From Paragordius varius (Eukaryota > Animalia > Nematomorpha): a DNA stretch of 64,000 bases. The notes beneath the pieces were generated by a model, which saw nothing but the letters and a program-made list of their open reading frames with translations, ran no database searches and was not told the DNA's origin. Below, in pieces: positions 26,301-51,536 of the stretch. The position numbers and the translations under genes were made by a program. The stretch covers positions 5,518,001 through 5,582,000 of the forward strand of contig OZ176053.1 in NCBI GenBank assembly GCA_964247055.1, in the 5' to 3' direction. Each line of letters begins with the position of its first letter. The stretch's first letter is position 1.

Positions 26301-27086
26301 ATTAGGCTTTGAAATTGCATTTGTTGTTGAGAGAACCGATGCTCGACACTCGAAAAATTGCTAAAGAATTTTTTATTGATTATACCAAGGTAAATATTTT
26401 AATGTTCAAATTCTTTTTTATTATCCATTCATCAATTCACTAATTAAATTTTTATTGATAGCTTAATTGTAACACTGAATCCTATACATCACAAAAATTA
26501 AGACTTATCAAAGATGAACATTTGGATGACAAATCAAGGTATTTCTATTTTGGCTATTTTTGATGGTAGTATTTTATTAAATTTATAATAATTACTTCAA
26601 ATTCACGTTTGAACAATTTAAATTCACCCTCGAACAATTCAAATTCACCCTAAAATAAATTTTGTTTTTTTTAAGATTAAAAATTACCCGTATTATTTTA
26701 TACTTTTAAAAAATAAAATTTTGTTTAAAATTAAAATTATACTGAAAAAAAATAAAATAAGCCATAAATATATATTTCATATTAATAATGAGTTATATTA
26801 GCTTGAAAACACAATTTAGTTTTAGGGTGAATTTGAATTGTTCAAGGGTGAATTTGAATTGTTCGAGGGTGAATTCGAATTTTAAATTATAGTACTATTA
26901 ATTGATATATTTTATAAATATTATTTTATTTGATGACGATTGAGTTAATTTATTTAGGTAAACTATCATTTTAATATTTTTTTTTCTACTAGAGTGTTAG
27001 GTCCTCTTGAAAGTTTTGCACCTTTTGTCCTTACCTATGGATGTGAAAATGCTATGACAAAATACGAATGTCCTGGATTGTTTTAA
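18828..27086 (+). CDS. Neprilysin/endothelin-converting-enzyme-like M13 zinc metallopeptidase, ~739 aa, 17 exons, N-terminal hydrophobic signal
   Basis: Phase-consistent exons 18828-18861, 18990-19199, 19434-20116, 20615-20695, 20776-20918, 21000-21222, 21507-21605, 22523-22600, 22698-22759, 24092-24150, 24270-24318, 24398-24465, 25787-25899, 26060-26122, 26306-26389, 26462-26538, 26993-27086. Motifs: LCQDFYTHVC, PWLD, VFVGLLQEPIY, YAGIGSILGHEMMH (HExxH at 24435-24449), EYIADNEG (ExIAD third Zn ligand), KEFFIDY, EHLDDKSRVLGPL, terminal C..C..F. Confidence 0.93.
20319..20358. repeat. (TA)n microsatellite in an M13 peptidase intron
   Basis: About 20 AT units. Confidence 0.96.
25488..25752. mobile_element. 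TA-flanked MITE (TATACCATTTACA TIR family), copy 1
   Basis: TIRs TATATACCATTTACA...TGTAAATGGTATATA with subterminal AATTCACCC/GGGTGAATT repeats. Homologous to 26596-26888 and 28804-29062. Confidence 0.75.
26596..26888. mobile_element. Same MITE family, copy 2 (termini eroded, extra ~18-bp subterminal units)
   Basis: Three CAAATTCACCCTCGAACAATT-like units on the left and three GGGTGAATTTGAATTGTTC-like units on the right. Interior colinear with copy 1. Confidence 0.7.
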
Positions 27087-28803
27087 CAAATTATAATTAT
27101 ACATATATGTATTTTTGAAGCATACATTTAGGGATCTCAACACATTTTTTGTAAATTTTTTAAAATATTATTTTATCAGCCCCGGTGATTATTATATGCT
27201 TTTATACATCCATTCTCTACAGAAATTTTATGTGATTATATGGAAATAAACCTTTTTATATATTCTATTGGATTTGAATTCATTTTATAGCGTTTTTATT
27301 CTATTAAACATCATGTGGATATTTTTGCTCTTCAGATGTATTTTAGTTTACCATAAATACTTTAACAGTGCATTTTTTGCCGCCTCTAACACGGATTCGA
27401 CCAGCATAGGAAGCTTATGAGATAGCATGGGTTATAACCATATAAACAATGACATTTTGATCCGTCTGAATAAGAGCTGATTTTAAGAATTCAATATACA
27501 AAATTTGCTGAAAATGTAATCTCATTATAAAATTAATTAATTAAATTTATGCTACTGTTTTTATCGATATGGTTAAACAAAAATATTCGGCGGTAAAAAA
27601 TAATTTTTTCCAAATTTACAATTTTATAAATAATGCGCCTAATGAGTTAAGTAGGTATTTTTAAATCCCAATATTTTTTATATTGTACAGCAAAAACTAC
27701 CCCAAAATATTATTAAGTGATAAACAATTTTTTATCAATTATAATAAAAATTGGTATTATATATTTTTATTATGGAATATTAATTCTCTTTTGGATCAAA
27801 AGCCTTTTTATAACCTCAAAACTCCTTTTATTATCATATAATTTTTAAACAGCATAAAATCGATTTTTAAAGTTTTCGAGAATCAAAACATATTTTTTTA
27901 TTTTAAATAATTATTGAAGCATAACATTAATTATTTTCACAAAAAAATAAATTAAATTAAAGATAAAGGAGTACTTATAAACGTTTAAATTTGATCGAAA
28001 AAGTGCAGAGTTTTGAAAGAGTGTTCATTTGTGGGAAAAGGATTGAGTGTGATTAGAAATATCTTAAATTTGCTTAAAAAAGTGTTAAGTTTGTTTGAAG
28101 AGTTATTTTGAAAGATAAAAGGTATATAAAAATGAAAAAATGCCAGCGTATAGTTATATTCAACTAGCTTCTAATAAAAATGTATATCATAATGTGCGCT
28201 AATTTAGCATATTTGATATGGAATCACCATAAAATTGGAACTCCTAAATTGCTTATTAGACCTAAAATCCAAAGCACCATGCATATCCTGATACATTTTT
28301 ATATAAATACAGATCTTATAATTTCATCCCATATTTTATTCACCAAGAAATTGTGAAAAATATAGGGGACAAACTGTGCCAAACTATCATGATAATTACA
28401 TTCACTAAAATAAAACGTAAAATGTTGGGTAATCGATGAAATTTAGCATAATAAACAAATGATAAAATAAGATTTATTGTTAATTATGGCTTTTGGGAAC
28501 TTTTTTACTGATTCGCTAACATCGCGAAACAGTTTTACTGGCTATAAAAACAGGCTGGAAAAGGGTAATTAGGCATATATGACTTGATTTCGTAGTAAGT
28601 ACAAACGCGTACCTCAGGTGTCACTACACTCAGCTATAATATAAAGCTTTATTTGCATTTGGCACTTTTACAACAAGGATCGGATTGGATTTTCAATAAA
28701 TGATTTTATATAAAAAAAATTATTATTTTTAACCGTTTTAGATAATAGCAAAAAATGTAAATGTAGTAAGCAAGGTATTATATAAGCAGGGCTTGATTTC
28801 AAA

Positions 28804-29062
28804 ATATACCATTTACAGTTCAAATTCACCCTTAAACAGTTCAACTTCACCCTAAAAAACAATTATGTGTTTTCGAGCTAATATAACTCATTATTAATAT
28901 GAAATATATCTTTATGGCAGAGTTTATTATTTTTTCAGTATTAATTTAATTTTTAACAAAATTTTATTTTTTAAATTATATTAAAATATAGATAATTGTT
29001 AATTTTAAAAAACTCATAATTTATTTGAGGGTGAATTTGAATATGAATTTTAAATGGTATAT
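28804..29062. mobile_element. Same MITE family, copy 3, opposite orientation
   Basis: ATATACCATTTACAGTTCAAATTCACCC...GGGTGAATTTGAA...TAAATGGTATAT. Interior is the reverse complement of copy 1. Confidence 0.75.
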
Positions 29063-31127
29063 TTGTTACCCATATAACCATAAATATTGTGCACAACTAT
29101 ACAGTAAACATTTACTAACTGAAGCTATTAGCCATTTTTGTTTTTAACTGGCTAAAAGGGTATTTCTGTTGATGTGTATGATATTTTTGTTATTAGTTAC
29201 ATTTTCATTGTAAGGAAAAAGTACAAAGTTTAATTACCGTAACTAATAAAATGATAAATCGAATTCATGGCAACGGGCATGTAATTTTATCCAATTAAAA
29301 AACCAAAATGACCAATAATCTTGCCTCATTAGTCTTGGTTATATGGGTGTTTGCTTTATTATAAAAATGGTTTGTTATCATCCATGTTTGCAAAAAGACA
29401 AATTTAACCCATTATTTTTGTCATATGAATAAATTATTGTATCACATACATGTTACATTTATAAATTTTCGTAAATACATAATTGTCCAAATATTTTTTG
29501 TTTTTATGAAATGGGAAAACGCATTTTTTTAGATGACTTAATTTATAGATTATTTTATGGATTTAACATTATTGTGTCCAAGTTTGTATGACGTAAAAAA
29601 AATAATAGATAATCAAATATGGTTAATATGGTAAGAGTTTTTTCTATAAAACTAGTATCATTTCTAAATTTTGTGAGCTATTTTTACGTTTTTTGTCATT
29701 CATATATGTGAATTTCGGCATTTTCTTTGTGTCTGCTATTTAGGTATTCTAAAAGTTAAAAGAAATTAAAACCAATTTGGATAACTAATAAAACTTAAAC
29801 TATATAATATACTAGTGTAAATTTCGGGCTGCCATCTATAAATTATCGCCAATTATGATTTTGGAAATATTTTTGCGCAACACAAGTTTGAGAGTGTGAT
29901 ATTTTATCAACTTTTGGCATGCTTTATTTAAATTAAGCCCGTCTAATCAATCTCTTTTCGTCATTTAAGTATTACAAATGTTACTTTTATTCAAGATACA
30001 TTTGATAGACAAAACTTGTTATCGTTTAAAGTTAAACAATAGCCATTCTTTAATGATTTTTTCTCTACAAAATTATTCTGTTTATTTTAATTGAGCATTG
30101 TTTAATTTCATAATTGTTTTCTATACTTATATAATGTTTCTAACTGTATATGAAATAAAATTTTAGATGTTGATTATAATAATAATAAGTGTGTGTGAAC
30201 TTTATTAGGAAAAAAAATAGTTTCAAAACCGAAATTTTTTAAATTATAAAAAAAATGTAAGCATGGCAAAACATAAAATTTTCTTGGTTATATACGATTC
30301 GTCCATGGTAATGATGCGTATTCACCCTTGGATATATAATAATTATACATATAATAATAAAACTCTGTTCACAAACGATGATGTAAAATAATTTGACAAC
30401 AATACCTTATGTAATATATATATTTTGGTAAACTTTCATGTCGTGCTTTTTTTCAATTTCTATCAAATTATCCCCTTTGTCAAGAGTAGTAATATATTAC
30501 TTTTATATATGGTTAGTATATATATATAATTATTATCGGAGCCGTGTGTACCTTTATCTTTATTTTATTCTATATATAATTATTCATGAATACAATAGTA
30601 TAAAATTATATCCATTCTTTGTCACATATATAGCTATATATATATTTACCTTTAGTTTTTTAAAAAAGAAAAACATAAAAGTGAAGAATTCTACAATAGG
30701 TAGTATTCATTATAAACTCTGTTGATTATATATTGAATTCACCATATTGACACAATCAATCAGGCATCAAATAGAAACTCTTCTTAGTATCAAGTATTTT
30801 TTTTGCATATTTACGCCTGATCCCCTCCCTATAAAGTAAAATATTAATTTTTTCATTGACTAGTAAATATAAAAAATGTACGAGTTTTATCGATTTTTTC
30901 AATTTTCTTTTCCAAATGCCCATTTTTAATTGTACATTTGCATCATTGAAAACAAAGAAAGTTAACTAGAAACACACTTTTTATTTTCATCATTGAACTA
31001 TACATTTTTTATTTTCGTAGATAAAAAACAAAAGCCAGACACATCAACAGACAATTTGTTTGGGCTTTTACAACAAAAATAACATCTCAATTTAATTTAT
31101 ACGATATATAAAACTTAATTAACATAA

Positions 31128-33826
31128 ATGGCGTCGGGTGAAATTTTAATGAATCAACAAATTGAAAGGGATAAATGCGATGTAGAACCCTTACACAAAC
31201 CATCGATCATATCATCAACTTACTTGGATACGGAACAAGATTTGACACAGAACGCTAAAATTAATCATCATTTGGGTTTGGTAACAACCACAAGCAATGA
31301 TGAAGATGATTTCAATACAAATCTCTTTAAGGATTGCATCGATGAGAATGCGTATTTTAGTGGTGACAAAAAGGGTAGTGAAACGCTTCTCGATACATCA
31401 AATCATGAGATTATGGAAAGCTTGGATCAAAATGCCACACTTTCTTTATCGATTCATGATCCTAATGTAACTCAATCCGAAGAACCCTTATTGCCCTCAA
31501 CTACCGGTGAAAATGAAGTTCGTTCCCCAACCGATGGAGGAGGAGGAGATATTCGCTGTGATAAGGGGAAGCATGACACGACGAATAAACGATTAGCTTC
31601 CCTATATTCTAACAAAGTATCGTTTTTTTATTTATTACATATATTTTATCATTAAATCATTAGTTCTAATTAATTATGATTCAATTAGATTAGTTAACTT
31701 AAAAATAAATCGGGACATATGTTTTCTTAACTTCTAATTTTTTGGCGCGCATCCCTCCATTTCATAATTATATATGCCCTTGTCCTTTAACGCTCTTTCA
31801 ATTTCCAACCCCCTTTAAAGAAAATTTTTCTAATTTTTTTCCGTTGTCATCAGTGTAATTAAATAATATTCAATAGTTACGATAAACCATTTAATTAATA
31901 TCTGTGCATAATTGAATCGTTGCAATTATTCTCTTACCCTGTGGCATTCATTTTTCAGCGGGGATTACCATGCCTTCTGAATAATATATTACATATTGTT
32001 GATTTTTATTTATAATTTTTTATTTAGCGTTTAATGGTTTCTGTTGATAATTTCATTAATATTTCAGTTATATTATGACAACTTTTATCTTTTATGACGG
32101 ATGAGGGTTGTTTTTAACCATAATTTGTTACCAGTAAAATAGTTATACTTATAATACAACAAATTTCGATTTTATTATTTTTGGGTTCAAAATCGATTCG
32201 CAAATAGATTTTGCCACTCTGTTCCCATTTCCTCAATAGGTATGATTTAGTTAAATTTAGTGTTTTTAAATGTAACAAAACTTGCATTTATTATTACGTG
32301 TCTCTAATGATAATATGATTAAAATTGGCTTTGAGTCATAACCATATGTTGTGGATATTGCTTTTAGAGTTCCATAAAAATCACAGTGCGCAGGGCTTTA
32401 TGAAATAAGCGTTTATGCAAACATTTTGGCGAATAAGCCAGCTGGCTCAAGTGGTTCAAATTGTTTAAGTGAAACGTTTTATGGTTTAAAAGTTTTCAGA
32501 TGTGAAAATTATAAGCTACCATTTTTATGGCCCCAAATTTAAAAATATCAGATCTCATAATAGGAATAAAATATTAGAGCCATTAATTCACATGGGTCAT
32601 TCACATCTTTTGAGTCAGCTCAACAGTTAATTACCTGAAATGTCCAGATAACCGATTTTGATTTAACTCAACAAATAAAGCCATTTAAAGGAAGCATAAT
32701 AACATGGTGGATAAAATATTGTGTTTAAATGTTTAACAAACAAATTAATGAAAAAATAAGTAGACTTGGGAATCAATGACAACTGGAAATTAATTTTAAT
32801 AAATATATGTAACCCACTCGTGATTGTTAATATGTCCAAAATGGATTTGTGTCCACATAAATTTTTTCTTAAAAGCACAAATTTTCAAGCCCTTACTATT
32901 TCGAAGATTTGGATCCCCAAATTTTAAATTTTTCATATAGCTTCTCTTAAATTAGCATAAAAGATCTTTTTCCTTTTTTGCAATATAATCGATAAAACGG
33001 GAGATTCTGGACCTATGCAAGGCGTAGCTTGCATTGAATGCGTGATGGCGCCCCCCCTTCCCCTCCATGCGACGCCTAGCATTTAAAAAAATAATCACAC
33101 TCAAACCGTTATCATGACCATTCATAAATGGGTTATTTTTCATTTATTATTTAAACTAATAAAAATATACCTATTTTTTTAAAATAAACTTAAAATTTTC
33201 AAAAATCCAGCTCCTTTTCAACTATGGCATCCGGTGGTTTCCTTTCACACTCTAACTATACCTCTGATACCATGTAATCTTGAATTCAGACATTTTATAT
33301 GGGATATGTTTTTAACTCCCCTAAACATAAATTCAAAAGGGGAACCTATAATTTTGGCTTTAATTATATTATCTTTGTTTTTAATTTAGATCTCAGGGTT
33401 ATTTTTAAAATATCCAGGGAGGGGCGAACTATGAATCCCATATATACTCCGATGAAAAAACAATCCCCTTCTGTTGCGCGGATCTTCCGCAACTGCCCCA
33501 TGTAACCCATAGTTCCAAAAACTATAAATTTTCATATTTTGCCTTTAAAATGGAACCGTTTGATTTAAGAATTTGAAAATCTTTTTAGAACCGGCTGGTA
33601 AAGAATTGTGTCTATAAATCATTTTTAATGGGTTAAAAATCGTTGAATCAATGCCAAATTTTGCTTTCAAAACTGTCAAAACTATTTTATTATAAAATTG
33701 TTTCATGTGAGTTTCGAACATAAAATAGTTTCTTACCAAAAAATTTTTTTGTCCCATAGTTATAAATATATTTACAAAAAAATCAATATAGGTCAAATAA
33801 GGTAAGTTTGTATATAATAAAGGGGT

Positions 33827-33871
<45 letters not shown>

Positions 33872-34828
33872 TAAAAAACATTAAAGCATGAAATAGTGTA
33901 AATACGGGATTTTTTGCCTCCAAATAATGTTTATTTCATTATTTCACAAAAGTTTGTTTTTTATTAGGTGATTGGTAAAATGTTGAGAAAAAGTGGAAAA
34001 TCTTCCGCTACAACCGGAGACGTGGTTACTCCTTCAAACAATATCGAACCAAACAAAACAATGGATGAGAATGTATCCGAACAAAAACCCGATAATGATG
34101 ATTTAACTAATCAAACAACACCTCAGACCAATGTCAAAAAAGCCAGTAACAATGTTTCCAAATCCAATATATTGAAAAAACCCGTAAATCTTTTGGCTGG
34201 GGCGAAAAATGCCCTTTTTTACAACATTAACAAATCAGGGTCTGTTGCATATCAATCTGTGGATGGAGTAGGTGTTGGTTGCCTTAATGAAACAGCAGAA
34301 TCTTGCGAACAAAATACCAATAATAATAATAGTAGTAGTACTTCAGTAATAGAAGATCGGGCCATTATTTCGGAATGTGAAAATCCCGAATTCATTATTT
34401 ATCATACCACTAAACTAAACGAATCTAGTTGTACTGAAACAAATACATTACCCATTGTCAATAATTCAAACATGGATGTCTTATTTGGGCAAGATGTGAG
34501 ATCAAGCGTAAGGCGTGGTAAATTAGATCATTTTTGGAAATTTGGATCAACTGCTCCCATATTTCAAAACAACAACTCTAAACGCACGGATCCATGCAAT
34601 AAATCTCGAAGGAAATATTTCCAAAATTTTGCTTATTCTCAAATTCCAACTCATTGTCACACTGATAAGGATGATATGACTCTGACATCAACCTGCATTA
34701 ACACACTAGTAGACGGAAAATATACACACACTTGCACTAATCAAGGAACCAAAGAACATGTACTAGTTAATCACCCATCAACATGTACTCATCATATTAA
34801 CAGTTACCGAAAAAGTGGTCGATACGAG
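31128..34828 (+). CDS. Two large low-complexity exons (31128-31616 and 33968-34828, 450 aa), probably the N-terminus of the downstream caveolin
   Basis: Stop-free ORFs of 163 and 287 codons in AT-rich DNA, with phase-0 junctions AAA|GTATCG and TTAG|GTG and a donor GAG|GTAATT at 34829. There is no stop before that donor. The next recognisable + strand coding exon is the caveolin core (phase 0). The linkage is inferred. Confidence 0.75.
33831..33866. repeat. (TA)n microsatellite
   Basis: About 18 TA units. Confidence 0.96.
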
Positions 34829-36631
34829 GTAATTTACAAGACTTTTTGTTCACTTTAGTACAAATAAAAAAATGAAATTATAAAGACAAAACATGAAATC
34901 TAAAAGGCAAGTATTTTTTTGTAAGGCGCTATTCTTTTTCAAACCCATATCCTTCAAATGTAACCTGTTGTTTTAAGTCGCAAAATAGGGAATAGAGACT
35001 CTCTATACATATACTATTCTAATCATAAAAGTTTCGTCAAAAACATTAAGTAAAAAAGTATGGCTGGCTTTGAATTTTCCGTTATGTCGTTATATTTCAA
35101 TATTACAGTAACTTTATTATTCCTTTTTAAATTAATAAATAAATGATAAGTTAATTAATTAAAAATTCAATGCATAATTGCAAATTTTAAAAAATACGAA
35201 AAATTTTACAATTTTATAAAACCATATAAGTTTTGAAATTGATCATCATCATAGATATTTTCAACACATTTTCAAAACTATTTTAAAATATAATGAGGTG
35301 TTTACTAAATGTTAAAATTCAAAACGTTTTTCTTATTATTGTTATTTAGTTGGTTATTCCTTATTCTAATTAAGTTTTTTGGCTTTTGTATTATTGTTTA
35401 CCAAAATTCCGATTTCGCTGAAAGCTTGGAGAAAAATCGTAAAATTTCGTCTGCACAACGTAAAACTGAAAAGTAGAAAAGGGGTTGCATCATCCATAGA
35501 CTAATTAAGATTTCGGAAAATTATGGGACAACATAATGGTTGTTTTGATATACGAATATTTTGATGACCTCATATATATGTCCAGAAACTAAAATTATGT
35601 AAAAATAGGGTATAGTCTTAACGCTTAAAAACATGCGCTAACAGCAAAATGTATCGTCAAGGTTAAATCAAAAATACTCAGAGACAAAAGGAAAGCAAAT
35701 TAATTAACAACTATCCATTAGTTAAGCTGATAGTGGTTTATAGATAATAAATCAATATTAAACCATTTAGCAAGGGAAGTGACAGACAGGGCTATCATTT
35801 TTTTATTTTATAAATCGATCGTCGGCGGTTTATTATAATATATTAAATTATGAACTTTATCCATTCTGACCTAATTGCAATATATAGCAGTGTATTTACC
35901 TACCAATTAATAGTTTGTATTTTGATCATGGCATGAATTTTTTTAAAAAATGCTTGAATAACTGATTAAATATTTATAGGATTAAAATATAATAACATTT
36001 ATGTCAATACTGAATTTATTAATAAATAATAATTAAGAAGTAATCAATTGACCATCTGTTATGATTTTTGGCGATATACGGATATATATTGTAATTACCT
36101 GCTATAATTATTATCATTTATCTATGAATAAAAGAGTACAAATGACAAATTAATCTTTAAATTATTGAATATTATTTATATTATTTCGCCGAATTTTATT
36201 TACATTATTCATAATTTCTTAATTCCTTGACCTTTGCAAAATGTGCAGAAGATATATCTACTAAAGATTATAAAAATAGCATCTCAGAGTATTCCATGAT
36301 GACATATATATATATTTGATTTCGTGTGCATTTAATATTATATTTAAAGAAACTAAGCTATTGTATCATCATGTGAACAATATTGAATCTTGCATAATTT
36401 GTGAGCAAAGTTGACCTTATTATTATATTTTTATTGTAGTTATGCAAGGACGGCAAATATCCTAAGTAAAGAGAATATTTACATAATACTTGGCTTAATC
36501 GTCTTTTTATTAAATAAATATATTTATCAAACTTAAAATCGGAAATCGTACATATGAAATATAATAAAATTGTTAAAGCAAATATTTTAGGAATTTTTGA
36601 TGGCTGCTAAATTTGCATATATATATATATA

Positions 36632-36803
36632 CAGTGGCGTATGCAGTAAAAGATTGTTAGTGCAAAATAATCTTAATGAGGGGGATATTATGGATATGTT
36701 TATAAATAGGACTGAATGATAATTAATATATGAAAATTGTCCCCCTGTTTTGTGTTAATTAAGATTATTTTGCACTAACAATCTTTTACTGCATACGCCA
36801 CTG
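36632..36803. mobile_element. 172-bp MITE with perfect 46-bp TIRs inserted in a (TA)n tract (Tc1/mariner-type TA target)
   Basis: CAGTGGCGTATGCAGTAAAAGATTGTTAGTGCAAAATAATCTTAAT is matched exactly by its reverse complement at the right end. TA repeats on both sides. Confidence 0.9.
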
Positions 36804-38165
36804 TATATATATATATATATATATAACATATGCAAATTAGTAAACACAAGTTTTATATTTTTTAAAGCTAATGATTAGTTTCTACATATGGAGTTATTTG
36901 AAAAGGATCCATTACAAATACCGGAACCTGCTATTTCCCATATTATAAATATGTATTAAATTATAATCTTGCCATGATGGTTTTGCGAAAATGAGACATA
37001 ATTTTTAAAATGTAATAATAATAAATATCGATATTAGATAAAGATATTTGAGAAATGAAATTTAATTTTAAACAATTAAATATTTATTTACATGAAGCTA
37101 AATAAGTTTGAAAACTTATTATTTTAGGTACAATTATAAAATGTAATTTAACTGCTTTTTCTCTCACAAAAGTTCGTTTTGATTTGAGTTGCATTCTTTA
37201 TAATTTCATTTGTAACATATGAACTCATTTTAAAAAACAATTATTTAAAAAATTAAAGTGGCACATATATGTTACACATATATTTCGACAATAAGTTAGT
37301 TTAAGTCATAGGTAAAAATGATTTGTCTTAAATTTGTCTCGTATATCATTTCTTTAGCTATGATGATTTTGTAATAAATAAATTCACAGAATATGCATTT
37401 TGATATTATATCATTGTATATTGTAAGAAAGGGAATTTTAATTGGTGAATCACAAAAATCTAATATTATTTATGTAGGCAAGCATATAATTTTTTCTCCA
37501 CACCAATTTAAAAAGATATTTATAACCAATAAAAGTTTCTTTACCATTTTTGTAAGGTAAAATATCCCTTTTTAGTTTGTCTTGCATAAATAATATGCTC
37601 TGTAATAATGATAGCAACTTAAAGTTATTGTTTAAAATAAATAATTTCTTTGTCAATAGTAAACCACATTTTTTATACACATTACTTTTTTCTACGTTTT
37701 CCCTGTACATAGAAATGATTAAAATACATAACTAAACAAAATACCACCATTTTTATTTTTATTATTATTGCCATAAAGCGCCATTTATACCAAGCCAGCC
37801 AGCATTTTCTATTGTGTGATAAATATTTTTTTTACAAATCATACACATATAATAAATATACGGACTTAGAGACGCAGACAGTTTTAAACATTACATATAT
37901 ATAAAATATCCAATAACAAAAATATTATTATACATAGAAATTTAATCAACAATTTTTTTTTTAATTTCCATAAACCACCATATCAATAACGTTGTTTATT
38001 TTTGTGCTTATTCAATCAAGACACATTGAAATTCCACATCTGTAATTTTTTAATTTCATCATCATTAATAAAATTCCTTCCTTTAAATTGTTTTTCATTT
38101 TCAAATAACAATTGAAAAAGACCGCTTAATTTTCTAAATATATTTTTCATTATTAAACAAACTAG

Positions 38166-38710
38166 GATATGGAACAATTATTCACAGAACCCAATAATTA
38201 CCACAGTTATGATTTGGTATGGAATTCGAGCAAAACCATGTTTGGTTTTATGAGTCTCATGTTGTATCGCTGTTTAACCGTCCTTTTAGCTGTACCCTGT
38301 GCCTTCATATGGGCTCTTATTATGTCCGTTTCGTGTGTCATCAATGTTTGGATTTGTGGTCCAATCATAACTTTCTTGGGCGTCTGGTTGGAATTGGTTC
38401 AACGGGTATATAGTTTTTGCATCTATGGCCTAAAAACCATTAAATACTTTTGAGTCTTGACGTTTAAAGGTTACCACTTTTTATTTAAACAAGCATTTTA
38501 TTACATTTCGTTTAGTTATGGACCGCATGTTGTAAAACTATCCTAACACCCGTGGTTGAGGCTTGGATGGTGGGAAAATATACGGCGGCAAACAGTCCTA
38601 ACCCCAATTGTCAACAATGTTGTAAACATCATGTGATAACTTTTGAAGGCAAAAATGGGGACATTTTGAATGAACAGCCCATGTCCAAGTTAGGAGACGA
38701 CAAAGCTTAA
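38166..38710 (+). CDS. CAV: Caveolin core domain (exons 38166-38405 and 38516-38710)
   Basis: DMEQLFTEPNNYHSYDLVWNSSKTMF..MLYRCLTVLLAVPCAFIWALIMSVSCVINVWICGP aligns to the caveolin signature [55 protein letters not shown]. The next exon LWTACCKTILTPVVEAW matches the (CD)PLFEA region. Stop at 38708-38710. Confidence 0.88.
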
Positions 38711-39302
38711 ATATACGTCACCCATTATATATATTATCCACGAAAATTATTTTTTTAGTTGATTATGTATGTGTATGTTATTTTATCGTTTTAATACATT
38801 TAATTTTCGTATAATCATAGGTAATTATTATGCATTTTATATTCCATCCTACCTGCTTGTATAAATCCAATTATACTTATATATGCATTTTTTATAATTT
38901 TTTATTCCATTTCATATGTAACCTTATGGTATGATAACCTAAGGTTCCAAATCACACCAGCAAAACGCATTTACAAAAGTTTTGTCTCAATTTTTTATGT
39001 ATTTTTTTTAACTTTTGTACACCATTTTTTATTACATGCTGTATTTTTATATACCAATTAAAACTTATCATAAACTAAGGAAGGATTATGAATCTCAAAT
39101 TTAACCATCCATTTATACCAAATACAACCACTCACTTGAATCTTAAATTCAGAATCTTATGATACATATCATGTATACCCAAACATGGTTTTAAAAAATA
39201 TTAAAATAGTTATATCTATCTATTTATTATTTAATACTTATATAAAAATATCAAAATAAATTTTTATATTTTCCAAATGACAATTGATGTTTATGAACAT
39301 TA

Positions 39303-51475
<12,173 letters not shown>

Positions 51476-51536
51476 ATGTTGTGCAGAAGTAATAAGCTGT
51501 TAAAAATTATTTTGTCAGCATATAATATTATCTTAA

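Noticed and set aside
32443-32462. tRNA A-box/B-box-like TGGCTCAAGTGGTTCAAA
   Set aside because: The boxes overlap with no spacing and there is no cloverleaf, so this is not a tRNA or a clear SINE.
34947-36248. Possible U12-type intron: ATATCCTT at 34947 and TTCCTTGAC at 36223
   Set aside because: ATATCCTT is expected a few times per strand by chance at this composition. No AC acceptor lies at the usual distance, and the implied flanking exons give unconvincing peptides.
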